Shown one piece after another: positions 59,831 to 64,000 of a stretch of 64,000 nucleotides of DNA. The position numbers were made by a program, and so were the translations under genes. The DNA lies in NCBI GenBank assembly GCA_030141605.1, contig JAQGDQ010000001.1, positions 372,001 through 436,000 of the forward strand, read 5' to 3'. Position 1 is the stretch's first letter; each line of letters begins with the position of its first letter. This stretch comes from Tubiluchus corallicola. Taxonomy: Eukaryota; Animalia; Priapulida. A model generated the notes under the pieces. It saw only the letters and a program-made list of their open reading frames with translations, did not search any database and was not told the DNA's origin.

Positions 59831-60847
59831 AATCTACTTCATCTAAGACAATATACTGAAGTGGCAGAAGCGTTTCCTACGTATCATAGTCTCCTTATGA
59901 TACGTATACATCCTCCTCCTTCGAGGAAAATAGCCGAAGCATTACCGCAATCGAAACCGCCAAAAAGGAAATCACCCATCCACTTACTGACTAGATTCAA
60001 CGTTGTACTCAGCCATTTCTTTACTAATGAATTCAGTAAAAGGATCATATCAGTACGCTGTGTTTAAAAGCCAAAGTTTACCTGATGATCGGTTGACGTT
60101 CCACGTTATAATGTTGATGTACAATAAGTTGCAAAAAATTGTATACTCAGAGTGCCTAGCATAAATGAACATGCATGTAAATACAGCTTATTTACAGTCT
60201 TTGATATACAATAGGTTTAATGATAAAGACATAATATTAACATATGAATAATTATTCCAGTAAAAGTAAATTTACAAGTAGTGTATATAGACAACTTCGA
60301 ATTATTATGCATAAGTTATGCACTTAAACGATACCGAAAATATGTTGTACTGTTATTAACACACCTCACATTGTAAGCAATACTGAGTAACGAAACGGTA
60401 TAGAAAGCGTCTATAGCTTTATCGATCAGAAACATATGACGTTGTGTGACTGGAAACTGTTTTGTTGATCTCTCCACCACGTATTTTGCTAATTATTATA
60501 ATTGCTAGCCTTTTACGCGAAGTTACAAAAGCCGAGTCTACAGTAACGGTTGCCTGCATTTCTTCTATAATATTAACGAGGATATATGATTCTATTTGTT
60601 AACCACGTTTGCTCTTTGGTTGCCAACCTGCCATGTATAGTCGGCTCGCCTAGGCACGGAAGGAATTATGAGTTGGTAAAATCGCTGAAAGAGCTTTTAT
60701 GGTCTAATGTGTGCTTAAATGTCCACTGACACCCTAGTAGACACTTGCTGTCAAAATTCACTATTGACTAGCCCGATACAAAAAAGCGGCTTTACTTTTT
60801 TTATAAACTTGCGCGTTTCGGTTTGATTAGCATCGAAAGACTTGAAA

Positions 60848-60935
60848 TTTGGCGCCGCGCAGGCATCTTGCGAAAAACGAAGAAAGCGGAAGTGACATCA
60901 CGTTAGGAACGACACTGCGCATGTGTGACTCTCGC
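60848..60935. promoter_or_regulatory. Promoter-like motif cluster
   Basis: TTTGGCGCCGCGC (E2F-like), GCGGAAGTG (ETS), TGACATCA (CRE-like) and TGCGCATG (NRF1-like) within 90 bp of an otherwise AT-rich background. Confidence 0.45.
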
Positions 60936-63900
60936 TGTATTTGGTAATGAAGAGACTGGGGTACTCGCATTTTCGTATTTTAGTGTTCAGCTCAAATAAT
61001 AGGTTTGTTCACGCTTACTTAAATGCACTATATTTTATAGATGAAAAAATATTAATAACGAAGTACAACGTGTAAAAGTTTTAGGGTGACATCACTAGTA
61101 TTTCGCGGTGCGTTGCTTTTTTGTTCTTTTTCTAATCACTTCTATTTTATAAATGTCTCACTGTCAAGGTATCTTTTGCCCGACGTCCCGTTCAGATAAT
61201 GCTTCTGACAAACAGTGATCGTTTTTACGTTTTTCAGCAAATAAAATTGTAAAAATAACAGTGGATTCTTAGGTACGATAGAAGAGAAAAAAACTAGACA
61301 ATAAGGCAGTAATGACAGATGATTTTGTTCCCAGGGCTTTACCGACGTTTGGAACGTGTGCAGACCGGGTATACTGTGAGACTTAATGCGAGGTTCAAAA
61401 GTAACAGAAAACGGAAAACTAAGAAGAATTGCTTTTCAGACAATATTTCTTAACTCATTAAAATAGCGCTCCATACATTTTTAGACACCTGGGAAAACAT
61501 TTTGGGCATTTTTACGAATGTCCAAGTGAGGTTTCAGAGCAAAAATATAAATATTTAAGTAAAAAATATTCTCATAGTGTGATGACCCTGATCTTGTATT
61601 TCCTATAGGGGAATCAAAGAGGGGCATGCTGCGTTAGTTTTACATCTCATAACAGAAGGGATCTAGTATGATAGTCACTAAATGTATGGATGCAGATCGG
61701 CCTAAGGCGGATGTTAAAAATACGGGGGAGTAAGGCCTATTTGCACTCTACACACTAATGGATCTAAAGAAAAAGAAAGACCAAATGGCAGACATTAAAA
61801 TAAATAATCAAGCAATTTAATCATTAACAAATTCCAAAGTGATTCGATTTAAGCAAAAGTTCAGTAATAACAAAGATTTAGCAGTATTGACAAAGCTTGG
61901 GGTTAGTAGGGTATATACACGTTTGCATGAAGTTCACGTCTGCCTAGGTTTTTCTGGAACATTTTTCCTTTAAAGCGAACAGCTTGTAGAACGGTAGCAA
62001 TACGTAGTAATATAACCTCTGCGTCTGAATACAGTTGTGATTCCAAACTTCGTCAGAGAAACTACCAATTAGTCTTGACCCAGCAAGTAGCATCGAAGAA
62101 CATTAGACTAGTATACGTGATGTTTACGTTATCAGTGCGACGTTAGTTACGATCGTAACAAAAGCGAAAAGTACCTGTTACCACCCTGGATGTGGTTCTG
62201 TAGTAGGTCGATCTATTTGTCAGTCAGTGGCTAACTCCACTACTGCAGACTGCAGGCCAGCATCTCTGGGACAACTCTGGTGGACGACCACAGGTTACAC
62301 CAACTAGGCTCTCACAGTATCACCATGTACATTGCACACCATATCTTGTGTGAAACTTTCTAGTACGGCATTTCTCTTCCAAAACATATAACTTCACAGA
62401 GACGAGTAAACGACCTGTCTCGTTCTGTGTCAAGTTGCCGTCTCTATCTAAACGGTGTTCAATGAAGTTCATCGAGAAGCCACTCGCGTAAACAGCTATA
62501 ATTTTATTCACCTGTACACTATCGTTAACCTTGACTTAGCCACTGCATTACAGCCGCGATAGGGCAGACAAGAGTGGGTCAGACGGAATTCCAAAGGGGG
62601 TTTGTTAGTAGGTGCCTACATCCTAACAAAATATCAGTATTTAATAACACAATTAACTATCACTGCCAGTAGCTAAATATCATACATATCAACTAATTGA
62701 ACATACAGTATGAATAGGGCTTAATGTTGCATAAGCATAATGTGAGAACTATTAAATGTAGGGCGAAACATGACACATAGTCTACAGTTTGGGTGCTGAT
62801 AGACGTGCGTATAAGTTTTGTGCAGTCGGGTATCTTTATCCCATGTGTAGCTGCCCAGAGTTTATTTTTCGCCCTGAGCGATTCTATTTGTGGCAAAAGG
62901 AAAGGATGTTCTATCACAACCACGGTCGCGTTTTGTGCGACTTTTACTTTAAAGTAACGTGTAAAAAATCGGGAGAAATATTTAAAAATGTGAAGAAAGG
63001 GAGGTTACCATTAGATTCGGGTGTTCCCGTTAAGTTGGTATTGTTGAAATGTCTTATTGCTAACCTAGACTAAATATAGTTTTCATGAAATTTAGCTGGA
63101 AATGTTAATTATTACATTACTAACTGTGCATCCAACCCAAAATGGTGGCTAGCAGCGTACTTGCAGCTTGATTTAATTCGCGGGAGTACTGGGCACTTTA
63201 CGTCATTACCGCCCTACGTCATTTTTTCAAATATGCCGGCAACGACTTCGTTTTGCGGGAGATAAAAAATATTTTAAATTTCTCTTACATTTTTAAGCAA
63301 AGCATTCTATGCGCATTGCGCATATATTGTGTGGTGATTTCAATTTTTTTATGTTTAATTGTATATTAAAATGCAATAAATGTTGTTTGAGGGTTGGTTC
63401 TTCCTTTAAGATAACTTAACTGAATCTGTTAAGCTAAGGCTTTTATACAGAGTATCTGAATGTAGCTTTGAAATATCAAACATCAAATATTATAACGATT
63501 TATAATCATAAATACAATTACTACAATATAGATACTCAATGCTATATTTTGTGAAAACAAGGTCTTAAATCTTAAACGAAGCTGGCTTTTCGCGGGTTCA
63601 TCTTCCTCGTCATTATTCATTTATTTTATAACTAAAAAATTTCGTGAAATGCAAATGCAGGTAACAGTACAATAACAATCCTTTTTTGCATTTTTGCTTA
63701 GCAGACTGTACCGCAGCTCTCTTGGCAGGCTGTCAAATTAACATCGGCAAAGGACCATCGGCCAAAGAACCACTCTGAACTTTTTAAAGGTGTCAAAGGA
63801 CTACCTGTCAGGGGGCGAACTGAGCATCTCCACTCAAAGAACCACGGTTTGTAAGAAAAGTTAAAACTCAGCTATGCACTCGACCAACAGGTAAAAGATT

Positions 63901-64000
63901 AACAAATACACAAGACTAACAGATGAAAAACTAACCAAATCCTTTAAAGGAATTAACGAAAAGTTGTTTTTATTATGTAATCTTAAAGATAGAGATTTCT

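Overview
AT-rich eukaryotic (invertebrate-like) genomic DNA. Almost the whole window is one multi-exon gene on the minus strand encoding a Cav2-type voltage-gated calcium channel alpha-1 subunit (cacophony/unc-2/CACNA1A-B-E family). It runs from the N-terminal coding exon (~53.7 kb) through all four repeats (EEEE filter, AID, EF-hand, pre-IQ, IQ) into the distal C-terminus, which continues past position 1. I assembled about 40 exons by hand and their phases join into one reading frame. The splicing architecture is the most interesting part. There are two tandem-duplicated, probably mutually exclusive exon pairs in domain IV (the S1-S2 loop/S2, and the S5-P turret). A nested intronic RNA structure (13-bp plus 18-bp stems) sequesters the GC 5' splice site of one turret exon. 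There are also two U12 introns (one AT-AC, one GT-AG), several frame-preserving microexon or cassette candidates, and a possible stop-containing exon in the II-III loop. Introns and the upstream region carry MITEs, Helitron/Helentron-like elements, a SINE head, a CR1-like LINE fragment and microsatellites. Most ORFs in the supplied track are spurious or partial exon read-throughs. Alternative exons are predictions without transcript evidence.
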